Source: Raillietiella orientalis (lineage: Eukaryota). Taken from it: 64,000 nt of DNA. The notes beneath the pieces are model-generated. The model made no database searches, was not told where the DNA came from, and saw only the letters and a list, made by a program, of their open reading frames with translations. Shown piece by piece: positions 60,290-64,000 of the stretch. Position numbers and translations under genes: made by a program. Position 1 is the first letter of the stretch, and every line of letters begins with the position of its first letter. Location of the stretch: NCBI GenBank assembly GCA_036172245.1, contig JAYWIR010000012.1, positions 310,001 to 374,000 on the forward strand, given 5' to 3'.

Positions 60290-61000
60290 ATACAAAAGTA
60301 GGATGACTGCCGGCACGCAGGCTTAAACGGAACGGGAGGGTGAGAACAAGCCTCTTTGGTTTCAGTCGTTCCTTTCTTCCTAGAAGCGCCTGTGTGTGGT
60401 GGCAGGTGAAGCCACCTTGCAGCCGTCCTCACCATGGCGACGGCCATGCCTCCCTTCGCTGCAAACGCGACGCCGACACATAGCCGACTGTCACCATGGA
60501 GTGATGCCACAGACCGCTGCCATCGCGGAGACCGTAGTCAGACTGCCTTCCATGAAGAATCTTCGCAGCAAGTCCTTGGCAGTGTCCTGGAGATGCGAAA
60601 GCGCTGTATCCAGCCTCCGCCAAAGTTCCTGGAGAGCACTGCAGTCCAACAGGAGGTGAGCGGTCTTTAGTGAACACAACAACACCCCCGGAAGCCAGGT
60701 GCTTGCTCTGGTCGCACTGGAGCCACCAGTGCAGAAGCAGCAGGTGGTCTTGTTTCCACGGAAGAGGCAGGAGCTGTACTGTCTGCACACCGGGGAGGGA
60801 CCTCGAGTTCTTAGGGGGGGGGGCACACCGAAGGGCTCCCTTCTCTTACGAACGAGGAGAGAGAGATACCATCCACCTCTCTCGTCTTGCAGTTGCTGAG
60901 GAATTCCTCGACCTCTGTAATTCAGCAGGGCAACTCCCACTCCGCAGGCTGGCTGCTGAGACCGTTCCAACTTCCAGCTCATCGTGTCTCTCGAGTACTT
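60290..61000 (-). mobile_element. LINE family A 3' portion
   Basis: HLLLDCSALQELWRRL...DTAKDLLRRF and VRTAARWLHL. Confidence 0.75.
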
Positions 61001-61499
61001 TGCTTTGTAAAGAATCTTCCCTCTCTATTTGGAATGATCGTCTCGCTTCCAAGAAAATGATCTCGGAAGCGAGACGTGAACGAAGGAGCTTCCTCTGTGT
61101 TTTCATGGTGTGAGCTCTGGTTCGGGAAACCGACGTTCGAGCCGTATCTCTTCAGCTAAAGATTCGTTGATGGTTTCTCACTGCACTCATTTCCTGGACT
61201 CTTTCACCCCCACAGGAAATCCCGTTTTCTTGACATCCTCGTCGCTTCGTCCTGCAAGGCGGACTTTTGACTTTTTCGCTCTCACTGATCAACGGAGTAG
61301 CTGGCTAGGCACTTGAGTTTGCAAACCGAGTAGGAAAAATTCGGAATCGCTATGGCAACCAAGAGCGATCACTACGTAATTCGAAGTTTTTTTTCTTTTT
61401 TCAGATAGATCAGCTTCATTTCAAGCTTTCTTTCAACGTGCGCGATCACCAGGCTTCATGGAAACTAAGCAGGTGGTGGTCTTAGCATGCAGAAAGTAC

Positions 61500-62400
61500 A
61501 ATGGTGAGGACTTCATGCAAGCACCTCACTATCGGCGGATGCCCACCAATGATTGTCCTGGGGGGTGGAAGGTTCGGTAACGTTCAAGAACCCAATTCCG
61601 TTCAGGGCAGCCAGAACGCAGCTTGAAGAGCAAAGCACCTTGTCTCCCCTTTGGCAGTTCCTGCGCCAGCAATCTCGGAGATGCTATCAAGAGCTGACGT
61701 GTGTTCCTAGGCAGTAGGGAGCAGTCCGAAATAGGCACCGCATCACCCTTTTCATCCTCGGTTTGCTCTCTAAAGTATTTCAGTTGCTGGACAGCAAGCG
61801 CCCACTCGTCCGGCCGACGAAGCCTTCAGCTTTTTTTACCAAAGACTTTCGACTGCTGCCGGCAGGGCTCTGTGGCTATATGCGGCAAACCCGGAATCTT
61901 GAAGTGCCTTGCTTTTATTGCCATTTTCTTGCACGCCTATTTAATCTGGGCAGCGCCTACTTGAAGAACTAGGTGTGGGCATTCTCTCGTCAAACAAGAG
62001 GTCGAATTTTCGTATTCTGAAGGCCCATTCGATTTCTCTTGAGGGTGACCTCACACGCATCCCATGTTTCACATACCCGAAGACATGGGAATCCATGAAA
62101 TGGTACGCAATAACCCTTTCAACCCTCGCTTCCTCGCTCCCAGCTAGAAAAGCCCCTTTGAGTGGCTGGTATACTCTCGCCAAAGAATTCACATCGTCCC
62201 TACTCCGATTTGGCCTTCCTCCGTGTCAACGTGATAAATGAGCTCTTACGACTTGCTCCTGCAAGTCAGCAAACGTTTGGTTTGACCAGCATGTTCGAAA
62301 CCAAAGGGTTTCCGACCTGTGTTCCATTTAAAGACGACACACCCATTCCTGGCACTTTAAGTTTGGCTCGTTTCATGGAGCTTAGCTCCCGCGCCAAAAT
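61500..62400 (-). mobile_element. possible CACTA/EnSpm transposase relic
   Basis: HFMDSHVFGYVKH (D.MH...G..K-like) and KLKAS motifs only. Confidence 0.3.
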
Positions 62401-62429
62401 AATGCGTCCCTTGCCAACTTTTTTGAACT

Positions 62430-62900
62430 TTACATACACTCATTCGTACATACATACGCATGTATACATACGTACATACAGACACATACACATACCGACA
62501 AACTCACTACACACATGCATACACACAGGCAGACAGATAGACATGTATACGCACATACAACCCGAGAAACATATATACATGCATAAACACGCATACACTT
62601 ACATACCTAGATACACATACAGATACAGACATACATCAGACATATATACATACACCCATATACACATATACATACACATACCGACAAACTCACATACATA
62701 CGTACATATGTAGATACATATGCACACATACATACGTATGTAGATACATACATGCATAAACACATACGTACACACTACATACAAACATTCATATATACAT
62801 ATGTATGTAGATACTTAGATACACACATACATACATACATATAGACATTCATAATACATGCATCCATACGTACAAGGAGACATACGTACATAGATATATT
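62430..62900. repeat. degenerate (CATA)n/(CA)n low-complexity tract
   Basis: About 470 bp of TACA/CATA/CACA units. Confidence 0.9.
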
Positions 62901-62999
62901 ATTCACTCTTCAGACTTCTGACGAAGGAGATGCTTTACATAATTTGCACACGTTTCGGCTGTACATGCACTAAAAATGTTTCAAATAATAGGGGAATTT

Positions 63000-64000
63000 C
63001 TTTGGAATGGATCAAGTACTACCCAGAGTGGACCGTATTCTTTGAACCTTGAACTGCAGCATAAGTGGATACTTTTCGTGCTCCTAAAGGCGAAGCTCAT
63101 ACTTCGTGGGTCACCGGGTTGTAGATGCTTTTTTGCATTGGGAGTGGGAATTCTCACTTCTATTCAGTTTTTGTTGCGCCGGATTATGAAATAGATGGCT
63201 CGTTGCTATGCCCGGGATCGATCCAAGCTCTAAACAAGATGCTCGAAATCGCATGCGACGTTCTTCTCAAAGGGCGAAAAGTGCGCTTCCGGATGCAATG
63301 AGATCAAATGCATGCACGAACACGCGCGTCGCCCAGGGTGATCCGTCCATATGAAGCTCTTGCATTTACATGTAAACAGGATTGCAGGTTCCAGTCCACG
63401 ATCTTCCCTCCTTCCAAAATTCGCTTTTCTCCCTCTGAGTGATTTCTACGCAAGAATCTGTGAGCCGGCAGTGTCCACCATTGCTGAGTGCCAGTGTTCT
63501 CGAAAATCTGGTACACTCGGTTTCTGTGGAGCCGTTTTCTCGCTCGCTCAACATCCCAGAATGGAATTCACTCCTCACTCGAGGCAGTTCCTGGAATTTC
63601 CAAAGGTCGCTCTTCCATCTGCTTCTGGAAGAGGCTCTCGGAAAGGTTTCGTTTCTTCGTTCGGCAACCCACCCCTCCGGCTGGTGTCGGAAGCGACTTT
63701 TGGAGCGACGTTCGCGGTGCCCCTCCCAACAACAAACCACCGTCATGAGGTTTGGAATGCCGTGAGGGAGGACAGCGCTTGCGGACTCCTCCAGACTCTG
63801 GGGCGAACGGGCGCGCGCACCAACACCGACCGTGCCTCTCGACCCTCCGCGGGCTCGCAGAACCCCGAAACTTTCGGCGCGGCTGCTGCAAGAATTCCTC
63901 GCACTGGACTTCGGGGTTTCGCGGCTAAGAAATGCACGAGTGTGCGATCGGAATTCCGAGATTTGAGGTCAGACGCTACGGGGTGGCATAACAACACTGG
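63000..64000 (-). mobile_element. L1/Tx1-like APE-domain relic
   Basis: GREARSVLV (SRGVA-like), VVCCWEG and LWKFQELP (WKFN.SLL-like). Confidence 0.45.

Noticed and set aside
1516..64000. Hundreds of 60-300 aa ORFs in the track
   Set aside because: They overlap in all frames in GC-rich decayed TE or intron DNA and have no coherent domain; treated as spurious or TE remnants

Overview
Eukaryotic, arthropod-like genomic DNA. The only intact host gene is a five-exon Lachesin-type gene (three Ig domains, GPI-anchor-type tail) on the minus strand, 332-2432, 370 aa, with very short introns of 49, 40 and 58 nt. The rest of the window is a dense graveyard of decayed transposable elements. These include more than 12 fragments of one L1/Tx1-like LINE family, about 12 copies of a ~560-bp tRNA-headed SINE-like repeat, piggyBac and hAT elements, three AT-rich foldback/MULE-like elements, and gypsy, BEL, DIRS and RLE-LINE relics; a probable caspase pseudogene is also present. 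The most striking signal is five inverted pairs that are about 95-99.9% identical; in four of them the near-identical core is bordered by clearly more diverged homologous sequence. One pair is a 1.24-kb inverted copy of the Lachesin 5' end whose identity breaks down at the intron1/exon2 junction and which forms a candidate chimeric gene. A perfect 38-bp palindrome that appears newly formed and two perfect hairpins fit the same theme of inverted-repeat homogenisation or template switching. The LINE 3' UTR carries a hairpin with compensatory base changes across about 10 diverged copies. TE family calls rest on motif recognition by eye, their boundaries are approximate, and identity values are visual counts or estimates.
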